64,000 nucleotides of DNA from an uncultured bacterium (GCA_903912525.1 CAIWHK010000022.1:19734-83733); one strand, 5' to 3'. Shown: positions 1 to 10,104, counted from the stretch's first letter. Notes: generated by a model from the letters alone, not told the origin. Made by a program: numbers and translations.

Positions 1-1
1 C

Positions 2-874
2 GACCCGAAGCGCGTGACGCGCATCCACCTGGCCCATCCCTCGGTCATCGGCACGCTGCGCTTCCGCGACAACTGCCTGACGATGATCGACCTGGGCAAG
101 GAAATGGGCACGATCGACCCGAGCGGCGACCCCTCGTACGAGGAGGGCAAGCCCGCCTGCGGCGAGGGCGCGCCGAACCGCCTGGTGCTGGTGATGGAGT
201 TCAACCAGTTGAAGACGTCGTTCCTGGTGCACGGCGTGCACCGGATCCACCGCGTCTCGTGGGAGTCGATCAACCCGCTGAGCCCGTACCTCGGCACCTC
301 GGACAGCAAGTTCACCGGCTCGCTCCAGATCGAGGGCCGGGAGATCCTGCTGGTCGACATGGAGAAGATCGTCACCGAGATCCTGCCGCGCGGACAGTTC
401 CTGCACTCTGTCGAGGCCACCGACGACGTGGACCTCGCTGCCGCCCGGGGCTCGCGCCCCATCCTGCTGGCCGAGGACTCGGCCGTGCTGCGCAAGCACG
501 TCGCCGAGGAGCTGCGCCGGGGCGGCTACACCGACCTGCGCACCTTTGCCAACGGCAAGGAGTGCTACGATGAGATGAACCGCCTGGTCGGCCAGGCCGA
601 CGCCGCCGGGCGGCCGGTGACCGAACTGGTGGCCGCGCTGATCAGCGACATCGAGATGCCGGCGATGGACGGGCTGGCGCTGTGCCGCTGGGTCAAGCAG
701 ACGAAGCAGACCGAGGACGTGCCGGTCATCATGTTCAGCTCGCTGATCAACGAGCAGATCGCGACCAAGTGCGAAGCGGTCGGCGCCAACGCCTACATCA
801 GCAAGCCGCAGTTCACCGAGCTGGTGGCCCTGCTGGACCAGCACTGCAGCCGGCTTGAGACCGCAGCGGTCTAG
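2..874 (+). CDS. cheV: CheV-like chemotaxis protein (CheW-like domain plus C-terminal receiver domain); 5' end cut by the window edge
   Basis: Frame is open from base 2. C-terminal half has receiver-domain motifs (LLAEDS, DIEMPAMDG, ISKP) after a CheW-like region. TAG stop at 872-874. Confidence 0.75.
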   Translation, partial: DPKRVTRIHLAHPSVIGTLRFRDNCLTMIDLGKEMGTIDPSGDPSYEEGKPACGEGAPNRLVLVMEFNQLKTSFLVHGVHRIHRVSWESINPLSPYLGTSDSKFTGSLQIEGREILLVDMEKIVTEILPRGQFLHSVEATDDVDLAAARGSRPILLAEDSAVLRKHVAEELRRGGYTDLRTFANGKECYDEMNRLVGQADAAGRPVTELVAALISDIEMPAMDGLALCRWVKQTKQTEDVPVIMFSSLINEQIATKCEAVGANAYISKPQFTELVALLDQHCSRLETAAV

Positions 875-969
875 CCCGCGCCCGGCGACGGGAGCAGCGA
901 ACAAGAGGCCCGCCATGTGGAATGGCGGGCCTCTTCGCGTTCAGCAGCTACGTTCCGCTTCCGGCCGTG

Positions 970-2715
970 TCAATTGTGCACGGGCTCCTTGGCCGACGTC
1001 GGCGGCGTCGCGGCGGCCGCCTTGGCCAGCTCGGCCTTGTTCCACTCGGCGGCCATCGCCATCAGCTCGGGCAGCGTGCGCCCCTTGCGGAACAGGTCCA
1101 GTGCGTGGCTGAGCTGGGTGTCGGCCTCGATCGCCACCTTGTAGGCGGCTTCGGGGCCGTGCAGGCGACGCGCCAGCTCGCGGCGGATGCCGCGCTTGAG
1201 GTAGTCGGCGTTCGCGTTCAGCAGCGAGTCGGACATCGTCAGCTTGAAGACGCCCAGGTACTCGTCGATCTTCTCGCGCTTCTTCAGGTAGGTCGCGAAC
1301 TGGCGGTACACGGGATCGGCCACCGTGAAATCGGCCGGCGTCTGCGGATGTGCCGCCGCGTAGTCGATCGCGAACCCGAACAGCGCGCCGTCGCGCTCGA
1401 TCGCGACCTCGAAATCGGTCAGGAGATCCTGGTCGATCTCGATGTCCGGCCGGATGCCGCCGCCGCCGTACACGACACGGCCGGAGTCCGTGTAGAACTT
1501 CTCCAACTGGCTGCGGTGCAGCTCCTGGTCGGCCGGCGCGGTGGCCAGCGGCGGCGCCTCCTCGCCATCCTCGGCGGCTGCAGCCATGTCCCCCATCTCG
1601 GGGTGCCGCGGGCGATCCTTGTGGATCGAGCGGCCGCTGGGCGTGTAGTAGCGCGCCGTGGTCAGCTTCAGCGCCTCGTCCTCATCCAGCCGGAACACGG
1701 TCTGCACCGAACCCTTGCCGAACGAGGTCTGCCCGACGATCAGGCCCGCGTCGTGGTCCTGGATCGCGGCCGAAACGATCTCGCTGGCGGAGGCCGACGA
1801 GCCGTTGATCAGCACGATCATCGGCACCTTGTCGTACACCTGGCCGACGGCCTGGCTGTAGAAGCTGTGGTTCTGCGAACGCAGCCGACCCTTCGTGAAG
1901 ACGATGAGCTTGTCCTTCGGCAGGAACAGCTCGCTGACCTGCTGCGCGGCGTCGAGAAGGCCGCCGGGATTGAAGCGCAGGTCGAGGATCAGGCCGCGCA
2001 TGCCCTGCGCGTTGAGCCTGTCGAGCTCCGCGCGGGTCTCTTCGGCCGTCGTGCGCGCGAAGTTCTGCACGCGGATGTAGCCGATGTCGCCCATCATGAA
2101 CGCATAGGGAACACTCTCGAGCTTGATGATGTCGCGCGTGATCGTCAACGGCAGCGGCTTCTCGGTGCCCGGCCGCTGGATGACCAGGTTGACCGCGGTG
2201 CCCGGCGCGCCCCGCAGCTTCTTGACCGCGGCGTCGCTGGTGTAGTCCTTGCACGACTCGCCCTCGATCTCGATGATCTGGTCGCCGCCCTGCACGCCCA
2301 TGTAGTAGGCCGGCGTGCCCTCGATCGGGGAGACGACGGTCGGGAAGTGGTCACGGATGTTGATCGTGATGCCCAGCCCGCCGAACTCGCCCTCGGTGGC
2401 CGTCATCAGGTCCTCGTAGTTGACCGGGGGCAGGTAGTTGGAGTGCTCGTCCAGGTCCGAAAGCATGCCCTCGACGGCGGCTTCCATCACCTTGTGGGCG
2501 TCGACTTCGTCCACGTAATTGTTGATGATCCGCTCGTAGACATCGCCGAGAATCTTCAGGTTGTCGTAGAACTCCTGCCGCTTCTGGGAAGGATCGTCCG
2601 CTGCCCGGGCAACCGGGGCCACCAGCAGCACGACCGCCAGGAGCAGGACGCCCCACGACGACTTGCTGCGCAAAATGATGTCACACAATGACTTGCCCAC
2701 ACGGTCACCGCTCAT
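970..2715 (-). CDS. S41 family carboxyl-terminal processing peptidase with PDZ domain
   Basis: 581-aa ORF with N-terminal hydrophobic anchor/signal, PDZ-like GLGITI...GDQIIEIEG, and catalytic-region motifs FNPGG and GSSASASEIV...TSFGKGSVQ. Confidence 0.9.
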   Translation of the reverse strand: MSGDRVGKSLCDIILRSKSSWGVLLLAVVLLVAPVARAADDPSQKRQEFYDNLKILGDVYERIINNYVDEVDAHKVMEAAVEGMLSDLDEHSNYLPPVNYEDLMTATEGEFGGLGITINIRDHFPTVVSPIEGTPAYYMGVQGGDQIIEIEGESCKDYTSDAAVKKLRGAPGTAVNLVIQRPGTEKPLPLTITRDIIKLESVPYAFMMGDIGYIRVQNFARTTAEETRAELDRLNAQGMRGLILDLRFNPGGLLDAAQQVSELFLPKDKLIVFTKGRLRSQNHSFYSQAVGQVYDKVPMIVLINGSSASASEIVSAAIQDHDAGLIVGQTSFGKGSVQTVFRLDEDEALKLTTARYYTPSGRSIHKDRPRHPEMGDMAAAAEDGEEAPPLATAPADQELHRSQLEKFYTDSGRVVYGGGGIRPDIEIDQDLLTDFEVAIERDGALFGFAIDYAAAHPQTPADFTVADPVYRQFATYLKKREKIDEYLGVFKLTMSDSLLNANADYLKRGIRRELARRLHGPEAAYKVAIEADTQLSHALDLFRKGRTLPELMAMAAEWNKAELAKAAAATPPTSAKEPVHN

Positions 2716-2768
2716 TTCGGGTCCACTTCCTTGCCGAGGGTCTGGCGCCTGTCGTCCTGACGGATCGC

Positions 2769-3410
2769 TTATAGGTCAGAGAGCAAGCCGTGTTCCAGCC
2801 CGCGCAACTGTTCGAGCGCCTGCGCGAGCAGCTGGTCGGGCGCGGCGGCCGCGTCGAGCACACGGAAACGCCGCGGCGCCGCCGCCGCCAGCGCCACGTA
2901 ACCGGCGTGGACGCGCCGGTGGAACTCCAGGCGCTCGGCGTCCAGGCGGTCGGGGGCGCGGTCGCCGATGCGCGCCAGCCCCTGCTCGGGCGGCAGCAGG
3001 CACAGCAGCGTCAGGTCGGGCTCAAGGCCGCCGAGCGCGACGGCGTTCAGGCGATCGACCAGGTCGAGCCCCAGTTCGCGCCCGTAGCCCTGGTACGCCG
3101 CCGAGGCGTCGGCGAAGCGGTCGCAAAGGACCAGTTGCCCGGCGGCCAGCGCCGGCCGGATCCTCTCGCGCACCAGCTGCGCGCGGCTGGCGACCATCAG
3201 CAACAGTTCGGTCTGCGGCGTCATGTCGACGCTGGCGGGGTCCAGCAGCACGGCGCGGATGCGCTCGCCGATGGCCGTGCCGCCGGGTTCGCGCACCAGC
3301 AGGGGCTCGCGACCCGCGTCGCGCAGGCGCTGCGCCAGCGAGGCGATCAGCGTCGACTTGCCGCTGCCCTCGGGCCCCTCGAAGGTGACCAGCAGGCCGG
3401 GGCCGTTCAC
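2769..3410 (-). CDS. tmk: thymidylate kinase
   Basis: LLVTFEGPEGSGKST P-loop followed by REPGGT. GTG start at 3410 overlaps the upstream stop (GTGA). The 333-aa track ORF has a spurious Arg/Gly-rich 5' extension. Confidence 0.9.
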   Translation of the reverse strand: MNGPGLLVTFEGPEGSGKSTLIASLAQRLRDAGREPLLVREPGGTAIGERIRAVLLDPASVDMTPQTELLLMVASRAQLVRERIRPALAAGQLVLCDRFADASAAYQGYGRELGLDLVDRLNAVALGGLEPDLTLLCLLPPEQGLARIGDRAPDRLDAERLEFHRRVHAGYVALAAAAPRRFRVLDAAAAPDQLLAQALEQLRGLEHGLLSDL

Positions 3411-4030
3411 GACCGTTCCTTCTGTCCGCGCGGCGCCGGGCCGGGCAGCTTGGCGGCCACGTGCACCAGGCGCTGCACGGTGGTGGCCAGCGTGCCGACG
3501 GCCAGGAAGCCGAGGATGGGCACCAGCGCCCAGCGGCCCACGAGCAGGCCGACGGTCAGCAGCACCACGCGCTCGGTGCGCTGCATCCAGCCGACCAGGC
3601 AGGTCTCGCCCACGCCTTCGGCCCGCGCGCGCACGTAGCTGGTGGTCAGGCTGCCGACCACCGTCAGCGTGATCAGCAGCAGCGCGATGCGATCGGGCCC
3701 CTCTTCGCCGCCGGAGAAGTACCAGGTCAGGCCCGCGAACAGGAAGGCCTCGCCCAGGCGGTCGAAGCACGAGTCGAGGAAGGCGCCGCGCTTGGACACG
3801 GTGCCCTGCCGGCGCGCAAGGTCGCCGTCGAGCATGTCGAAGGCCGAGCCGAGCAGGAACACGAAGGCGCCGCCCAGCAACTGCCCCTGCCCGATCACGT
3901 AGCCCGAGACGGCGGTGATCGCCAGGCCGGTGATCGACACGCCGGTCGGGCTGAAGCCGAGCTTGTCCAGCGCGGCGACGACCGGGCTGACCACGCCACG
4001 CGCGGACTTCTTGAATTCATCGAGTCCCAT
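3407..4030 (-). CDS. CDP-alcohol phosphatidyltransferase family protein (PgsA-like)
   Basis: D-x2-DG-x2-AR...G...D-x3-D signature (DMLDGDLARRQG...FLDSCFDRLGE) and multiple TM segments. ATG overlaps the rsmI stop (ATGA at 4028-4032). Confidence 0.85.
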   Translation of the reverse strand: MGLDEFKKSARGVVSPVVAALDKLGFSPTGVSITGLAITAVSGYVIGQGQLLGGAFVFLLGSAFDMLDGDLARRQGTVSKRGAFLDSCFDRLGEAFLFAGLTWYFSGGEEGPDRIALLLITLTVVGSLTTSYVRARAEGVGETCLVGWMQRTERVVLLTVGLLVGRWALVPILGFLAVGTLATTVQRLVHVAAKLPGPAPRGQKERS

Positions 4031-4779
4031 CAGGCCTCTTTCTGCCGGCGCTCGCCGGTGCCACGAATCACAAGCACCAGTTCGCCGCGCAGCCGGGGTC
4101 CGGTCAGCTGCCGCAGGAGATCGTCCGCGGTACCCCGCAGCGTCTCCTCGTGGATCTTGGTGATTTCACGCGCCACCGCCGCCTCGCGCGTCGGGTCCAG
4201 CTCGAGCAGCGTCTCGATGGTCGAACGGATGCGGTGGCACGATTCAAGGATGACCGTGGTGCCGGTCTCGGCCAGTGCCTCGGCCAGCAGGCGACGGCGC
4301 GCGCCGGTCTTGCGCGGCGCGAAGCCGACGAACGTGAAGCGGTCGGTCGGGAAGCCCGACAGCACGAGCGCCGCCAGCACGCTCGAGGGTCCGGGAATGA
4401 TCGAGTAGGGCACGTCCTCGCGCCTGAGCGCCGCGACCAGCGCGTAGCCCGGGTCGGAAACGCAGGGCATGCCGGCATCGCTGACGACGGCGACGCGGCC
4501 GCCGCCCTGCAGTCGCGCAAGGATGGCCGGCACGGCGCGCGCCGCGTTGTGGTCGTGGAAGCTCTGCAGCGGCACCGACAGTCCATAGCGGTCGAGCAGC
4601 CGGCGCGTGTGGCGCGTGTCCTCGGCGTAGACGACATCCGCCGCCGCGAGCACCGACAGGGCGCGAAGGCTGATGTCGGCCAGGTTGCCGATCGGCGTGG
4701 CCACGAACTGGCAGACCCCCGCCGGCAACTCGGCGTCCGGCAGGGTCAGCAGTCGCGGGTTCGTCGCGGGATCGGTCAA
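4030..4779 (-). CDS. rsmI: 16S rRNA (cytidine1402-2'-O)-methyltransferase
   Basis: FVATPIGNLADISLRAL...YAEDTRHTRRLL...VSDAGMPCVSDPG typical of RsmI. Proposed TTG start at 4779 overlaps the nadE stop (TTGA), with GGAGG just upstream. Start is uncertain. Confidence 0.85.
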   Translation of the reverse strand: MTDPATNPRLLTLPDAELPAGVCQFVATPIGNLADISLRALSVLAAADVVYAEDTRHTRRLLDRYGLSVPLQSFHDHNAARAVPAILARLQGGGRVAVVSDAGMPCVSDPGYALVAALRREDVPYSIIPGPSSVLAALVLSGFPTDRFTFVGFAPRKTGARRRLLAEALAETGTTVILESCHRIRSTIETLLELDPTREAAVAREITKIHEETLRGTADDLLRQLTGPRLRGELVLVIRGTGERRQKEA

Positions 4780-5615
4780 GATGCCTCCCCGGGGCCGCCG
4801 GCGTCGGGATCGGGTCGGCCCGCCATCGCGGCCACCGGCGGGAGCCTTCGCTTGAAGGCCATCGCCTTGACGCGCGACGCCACGCGCGCCACCAGGTCGG
4901 GCGCGAAACCGAGCGCCGCCAGTTGGCGCTCGCCGAGGCCGTCGTCCACCATCGCGTGCAGCAGCCGGTCGACTTCGGCGTAGGTCACACCCAGTTCGTC
5001 CTCGTCGGCCTGGCCTTCCCACAGGTCGGCGCTGGGCGCCTTCGTGAGCACGGCGGCAGGCAACCCGAGGTGCGCGGCCAGCAGCCGGACCTCGGTCTTG
5101 TAGAGCTGGCCGATGGGATTGAGCGCGCAGGCGTTGTCGCCGTACATCGTCGTGTAGCCGAGCAGGCCCTCGGTGCGGTTGCCGGTGCCCAGCACCAGCG
5201 CATCGTCGCGCGCGGAGCAGTCATAGAGCACGACCATCCGGCAACGCGCCATCACGTTGCCGCGGCGCACGCGCTCGCCCGCAGGCACGCCGGCCAGGAA
5301 GGCGTCGGCCATCGGCGTGATGTCGACCTTTTCGACGCCCATGCCCAGGCAGTCGGCGACCGCCTGCGCATCGACCAGCGAAGCGGCCGAACTGGTGGCG
5401 TACGGCATCATGACCCCGCGCACGCGACCCGCACCCAGCGCAGCGACCGCCAGGCCGGCGGCCACGGCCGAGTCGATGCCGCCGGAAAGACCGATCACCA
5501 GGTTGCGACGGCCCGAGGCCTGCAACTGGTCGCGCAGGAAGCTGGTGCAAAGCTCCTGCGCCAAAGCCGGAGCGATGGCCCAGCCGGGAGCGCAGGCAGG
5601 TGTGGCGGCAGGCAT
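4776..5615 (-). CDS. nadE: ammonia-dependent NAD+ synthetase
   Basis: SGGIDS PP-loop (VIGLSGGIDSAV), GTGNRTE, NPIGQLYKTEV. ATG at 5615 is preceded by GGAGG. The upstream 260 codons of the track ORF are Arg/Gly/Pro-rich and were rejected. Confidence 0.9.
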   Translation of the reverse strand: MPAATPACAPGWAIAPALAQELCTSFLRDQLQASGRRNLVIGLSGGIDSAVAAGLAVAALGAGRVRGVMMPYATSSAASLVDAQAVADCLGMGVEKVDITPMADAFLAGVPAGERVRRGNVMARCRMVVLYDCSARDDALVLGTGNRTEGLLGYTTMYGDNACALNPIGQLYKTEVRLLAAHLGLPAAVLTKAPSADLWEGQADEDELGVTYAEVDRLLHAMVDDGLGERQLAALGFAPDLVARVASRVKAMAFKRRLPPVAAMAGRPDPDAGGPGEAS

Positions 5616-5758
5616 CCGGCGGATCCTCCAGTTTTCAGGGGCCCGGAGCGATCGCGGGCCGGGACACGGCGCGCGGTCCGGCGGCGATGACCGCCCCGCG
5701 CGGCGGCTAACATACACCCGGCGACCGGGAAGGAAAACCCCGGTCGTCCAGTGGGCTG

Positions 5759-6793
5759 TCAGGCCGCGAAACCGTCCAGGGCGGCGATCACGCGCGGGAT
5801 GTCCTCGTCGCGGTTTTCCAGGTTCGGCACCAGCCGCACACGGCCCGGCCCGAAGGCCAGGGCCAGGATCCCCTGGCCGGCCAGGTGCGCCACCAGTGCC
5901 GCCTCCGCGGCCTGCCCGGTCACGTCGATGATGACGATGTTCGTGTCGACCGGGTGGTTCACCGACAGCCGGGGATGGCTGAAGCCGGCGGCGATCGCCG
6001 CGGCGCGCGCGTGGTCGTCGGCCAGGCGCGCCAGGTTGTGGTCCAGCGCATACAGGCAGGCCGCCGCCAGCAGTCCCGACTGGCGCATCCCCCCGCCCAA
6101 CATCTTCCGGAAACGGTAGGCCCGGGCCAGGGACGCCCGGTCGCCGACGAGCACCGAACCCACCGGGGCCCCGAGGCCCTTCGAGAAACACACGCTGACC
6201 GTGTCGACCGGCGCGGCGAGTTCCGCCAGGGACAGCCCGCCGGCCACGTGGGCATGCCACAGGCGCGCCCCGTCCAGGTGCACGCGCAGGCCGCGGAGGT
6301 GGGCCTGCGCCCCGACCTCCGCCACGAGGTCCTGGGGAATGATGCGCCCTCCCGCCCGATTGTGGGTGTTCTCGAGGCAGACCAGGCTGGGCGGGGCACA
6401 ATGCACGTTGTCGCCGTTGAGGGCCCCGCTGACCCGCTCCCAGCCCAGCCAGCCGCCGGGCGCCTCGACGCAGGTCAGTTGGACGCCGCTGAGCACGGCC
6501 GGGGCGCCGGCCTCGTAGCGGTAGATGTGCGCTCCGTCCTCGAGCACGACCTGGTCGCCCGGGCTGGTCTGCGCCTTGACCGCCAGCTGGTTGCTCATCG
6601 TGCCGCTCGGGACGTAGAGCCCCGCTTCCTTGCCCAGGAGGGCCGCCACGCGCTCCTGCAGGCGCTGCACGGTGGGATCGTCGCCCAGGACGTCATCCCC
6701 TACCTCCGCCTCGCACATGGCCTTCAGCATCCCGGGGGTGGGCTTGGTGACCGTGTCGCTGCGCATGTCGATGAAATGACCGTGGGCGGACAT
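5759..6793 (-). CDS. ltaE: low-specificity L-threonine aldolase (PLP-dependent)
   Basis: [15 protein letters not shown]...[11 protein letters not shown]...SGTMSNQLA...[11 protein letters not shown] (PLP lysine context). Confidence 0.85.
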   Translation of the reverse strand: MSAHGHFIDMRSDTVTKPTPGMLKAMCEAEVGDDVLGDDPTVQRLQERVAALLGKEAGLYVPSGTMSNQLAVKAQTSPGDQVVLEDGAHIYRYEAGAPAVLSGVQLTCVEAPGGWLGWERVSGALNGDNVHCAPPSLVCLENTHNRAGGRIIPQDLVAEVGAQAHLRGLRVHLDGARLWHAHVAGGLSLAELAAPVDTVSVCFSKGLGAPVGSVLVGDRASLARAYRFRKMLGGGMRQSGLLAAACLYALDHNLARLADDHARAAAIAAGFSHPRLSVNHPVDTNIVIIDVTGQAAEAALVAHLAGQGILALAFGPGRVRLVPNLENRDEDIPRVIAALDGFAA

Positions 6794-6929
6794 GGGATCC
6801 TCTCCTTGGGCTGACGGGCGGCCGGGTAGAAACAGAACCGGTTCTCCAAGCCCCCCGGGCCGGAAAACCGGTTCACCAAAGCCATCTGGCGCGTTGCGCG
6901 GAGGGCGAGAGCGGACGCGCGGGACCGGT

Positions 6930-7208
6930 TCAGTCGCCGGCGACCTTGTCCTTCAACATCTTGGACACTTTGAACACGGGCACCTTGCGTGACGGCACGG
7001 GAACGGAGTCGCCGGTGCGCGGATTCCGCGCCATGCGCTCTTTGCGCTCCTTGACCTTGAACGTGCCAAAGCCCCTGATTTCCAGATGTTTGCCATCGAC
7101 CAGCAGGTCGCCAATCTTGTCCAGGAAGAGATCCACCGTCTCGGCGACTTCCTTCTTGGTCAGGCCGGTCCTCTGCGCAATGTCCTCAACGATATCGGCC
7201 TTCGTCAT
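6930..7208 (-). CDS. HU/IHF family DNA-binding protein
   Basis: 92 aa: [11 protein letters not shown]...[30 protein letters not shown] at 7208 is preceded by AGGAGGAG. Confidence 0.9.
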   Translation of the reverse strand: MTKADIVEDIAQRTGLTKKEVAETVDLFLDKIGDLLVDGKHLEIRGFGTFKVKERKERMARNPRTGDSVPVPSRKVPVFKVSKMLKDKVAGD

Positions 7209-7659
7209 GGCGCTCCTCCTGGTTTCCTGGGGGTCGGCTCCCGGCGCTACCCACGCGCTCAACCCGGATTCTTCGGCATAAGCCAATACTTGTCAAGGGC
7301 TTTAATGATAATTGCCTGACCCGCCGCCGACAGCCGGCGCCGTGCCCGAGTCTCCCGGCAGGGCAAGTTGCAACACCCGGGCCCATGGCGCATCGCATTC
7401 CACACGTTCCGGATGGACCTCAACGGGGTGTGACGTTCCCCAGGATGCCCGCTTGTTCGCACTAATTGCTAAATAAATAAGGGATTACGCCGATATATCC
7501 AATGATTCCTCAAAAGGGCACCTGCTTTGCAGACCATCCGGCAACGGCGCGGCCGGCGGAGCAGGACCTGAACAACGTGCCACTGCAACCGATCTCCGCC
7601 GGCCGAGCCAGACAACACACCATCATCGGGCGAGACGGCGAACTGAAGGAGGGCCACTC

Positions 7660-8070
7660 ATGGCTAACAAGAAGATGATCGCGATGACCCTGATCCTTGG
7701 TCTGGTGGCTCTGGCCACCGGCTGCAGCGACTCCACGACGGCTCCTGTGACCACCCCCGACACGGCTCCCCCGACGCCCGCCGGCAACGTGTCCATCGCG
7801 TATGTCGATGGCGTGGCGACGCTGAGCTGGGACATCGAAGCCGTCGACGCCGACTTGGCGGGCTACGTCGTGACGCGCGAACACAACGGCGCCACCGTGG
7901 TGCTGCTCGAGGCGCCGACGCTCGTGACCACGGTCGAGGATGCCACCACCGAGCTGGGCACCAGCATCTACCACGTGTACGCCGTCGACACGACCGGCAA
8001 CGAGAGCGCCCCGTCGACGACCCAGCTGCTGCTCACCGGCAGCCACGCTGACGACAACCTGGCGGACTAA
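7660..8070 (+). CDS. small lipoprotein with Ig/FN3-like domain, unknown function
   Basis: Lipobox LATGC after a signal peptide, Thr/Pro linker, then a beta-rich domain. RBS GAAGGAGGG. Has its own terminator. Confidence 0.7.
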   Translation: MANKKMIAMTLILGLVALATGCSDSTTAPVTTPDTAPPTPAGNVSIAYVDGVATLSWDIEAVDADLAGYVVTREHNGATVVLLEAPTLVTTVEDATTELGTSIYHVYAVDTTGNESAPSTTQLLLTGSHADDNLAD

Positions 8071-8104
8071 GCCCTCGACCGGAGCCGATCCTCCTTCGAG
8101 TTCC

Positions 8105-8141
8105 CGAGCCCCCCGCACATGCAGGGGGCTCGTGTATTTTT
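8105..8141 (+). terminator. rho-independent terminator
   Basis: CGAGCCCCC / GGGGGCTCG stem followed by a T-rich tail (gtgtattttt). Confidence 0.75.
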
Positions 8142-8169
8142 GCGAGGCAGGGAAGGCGCAGCGGACGGA

Positions 8170-8859
8170 TCAGGCGCCGAGCTTCGCCAGCGCGAGCGCC
8201 AGGGCGAGGAACGGGCTGATCACCGCCTGCATGGTGCGCCCGAAGAGGGCGCCTGCCGGCGTGTAGTGCATCAGCAGCAGGAACCCGACCACCAGGAGCA
8301 TGCCGTAGCGGCGCAGGTTCTCGTAGGAGGCCCGCAGCGATGCCGGCAACAGGCGCGAGAAGATCCAGCTGCCGTCGAGCGGCGGCAACGGGATGAGGTT
8401 GAAGACAGCGAGCGCCACGTTCACGACGATACCGGTCTGCCAGACGCGCACGAGGAACTTCAGCGGCTCGAGCGCGGCGTGCCCTTCCGGGAATCGCCCG
8501 TAGGCGATCGCAGTCAACCCCAGGAGCACCGCCGCGACGAGCGCGAGCAACAGGTTGCTGAGGGGGCCGGCCGCCGCCACCTTCGGATAATCGTTCCACG
8601 GCTGGCGCAACCGTCCCGGGTGGACGGGAACCGGCTTGGCCCAGCCCATCATGAACGAACTGGTCAGCGCCAGCAGCGCCGGCACGATGATGCTGCCGAT
8701 GGGATCAATGTGAGGCAGGGGGTTCAGCGTCAGCCGCCCCTGGTCGCGCGCCGTGGTGTCGCCCAGCTTGAGCGCCACCCAACCGTGCGCCACTTCGTGG
8801 AACACGACCGAGAACACGACCACCAGCACCTGGATCAGTACGTCACCCATTGCCACCAT
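8170..8859 (-). CDS. M50 family (site-2 protease-like) zinc metalloprotease
   Basis: HEVAHG zinc motif inside a TM helix, NLIPLPPLDG second motif, polytopic membrane protein. Confidence 0.85.
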   Translation of the reverse strand: MVAMGDVLIQVLVVVFSVVFHEVAHGWVALKLGDTTARDQGRLTLNPLPHIDPIGSIIVPALLALTSSFMMGWAKPVPVHPGRLRQPWNDYPKVAAAGPLSNLLLALVAAVLLGLTAIAYGRFPEGHAALEPLKFLVRVWQTGIVVNVALAVFNLIPLPPLDGSWIFSRLLPASLRASYENLRRYGMLLVVGFLLLMHYTPAGALFGRTMQAVISPFLALALALAKLGA

Positions 8860-9988
8860 CCCGGTTCGTCACGGCGCGGCCGGCCAACGCGGCCCAGGCG
8901 CTCCACACAATGTCCTCCTCGAGGCCTTCCATCCAGCCGTATTCGGCGCCGCGGCCGTCGTCGCGGCGCGCGAAACTGCGCAGGGCGACAACCTCGGGCG
9001 CGGGCGGCTTCCAGCGCGCCGGGTCGGTGGGCCCGAACAGGGCCAGCGTCGGCACGCGCACGGCGCCGGCCACGTGCATGATGCCGGTGTCGTTGCACAG
9101 GAAGCGGTCGGCATCGGCCAGCAGCGCCGCGGCGACGCCGACGGCGCACGGCGGCGCCACGACGACCGCGCCCGCAGGCGCGTCCTTGCCGGCAAGCCCG
9201 GCGAACAGGGCGAGCGCCTCGCGATCGGCCGGGCCGTGCAGCACCAGGACCTGCCGACCGTTCGCAGCGGCGCGATGCGCCAGCGCCGCGAACCGACCGG
9301 CGGGCCAGACGTTCTGCCGCTTGCCCGCCCCCGGGTGCAGCGCCCAGAACCCGGGCCGAAGCCCGAGTTGCTCCCTGACCTGCGCTGCCTGGCGCCGCTC
9401 GGCGTCCGACGGCACCACGACCGTCGACAGGTCGTCGGTCGTGATGCCGATCGCGCGCAGCGGCGCCAGCCCGTGCTCGATGGCGTGCGTCGTCACCTCG
9501 GGCTCGCCGGGCATCTGAAGCGAAAAACAGTGCCCGCTGAAGTCCCAGCCGAACGGACGGCTGTCCCCGCCGACAACGTGGCGCGCGCCGCTGAGCAGAC
9601 CGATGAGCGCGCTGGTCAGCGAGAACGAGACGCTGCTGAGCACGATCGCCAGGTCGGGCTCCCAGGCGCGCAACCGGCGCAGGAAGCCCGGCACGCGACG
9701 CAGGGGACGCTCGAAGACGAACACGTCCGCCAGATCCGGGTTGTGGCGCACCACCTCGACGTTGCCCGGGGAAGTGACCAGCGCCACCTCGGCGCCAGGC
9801 CACGTCCGGGCGATGGCGCGCAGGGCCGGCGTGGCGCAGACCATGTCGCCCATCTGGTTGTGCTGACGCACGACCAGGATGCGGGCCGGCCGCAGCGCCG
9901 CCAGCCCCGCGGGGTCCAGCGGCGGCCGCCGCAGCGCGCGGGCCAGCGGGCGCATCAGGAACTGTTTGGCCCGCCTGGTCGCTGCCAT
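8843..9988 (-). CDS. glycosyltransferase family 9 (heptosyltransferase-like)
   Basis: ILVVRQHNQMGDMVCATPALRAI N-terminal motif, LHPGAG...W, CNDTGIMHVAGAVRVPTLALFGPT C-terminal motif. Confidence 0.85.
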   Translation of the reverse strand: MAATRRAKQFLMRPLARALRRPPLDPAGLAALRPARILVVRQHNQMGDMVCATPALRAIARTWPGAEVALVTSPGNVEVVRHNPDLADVFVFERPLRRVPGFLRRLRAWEPDLAIVLSSVSFSLTSALIGLLSGARHVVGGDSRPFGWDFSGHCFSLQMPGEPEVTTHAIEHGLAPLRAIGITTDDLSTVVVPSDAERRQAAQVREQLGLRPGFWALHPGAGKRQNVWPAGRFAALAHRAAANGRQVLVLHGPADREALALFAGLAGKDAPAGAVVVAPPCAVGVAAALLADADRFLCNDTGIMHVAGAVRVPTLALFGPTDPARWKPPAPEVVALRSFARRDDGRGAEYGWMEGLEEDIVWSAWAALAGRAVTNRDGGNG

Positions 9989-10104
9989 GCCCTTCCCCTG
10001 GTTGGCCGGCTGCTGCCGGGCCGTGGCACACTGCTTGCGTTCCGGCGGCCGGACGCCGGGTCACGGGCCCGGTCGCATGCCATCCGCGACGGGAGCATCG
10101 CCCC

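Noticed and set aside
4776-6401. 5' extensions of track ORFs (nadE 541 aa; also 2769-3770 tmk, 53308-55935 permease, 34367-35962 SDR, 4030-5022 rsmI, 35101-36882 PAP2)
   Set aside because: The extensions are Arg/Gly/Pro-rich and run through upstream genes. Internal starts with SD motifs or ATGA/GTGA/TTGA overlaps give proteins of normal length.
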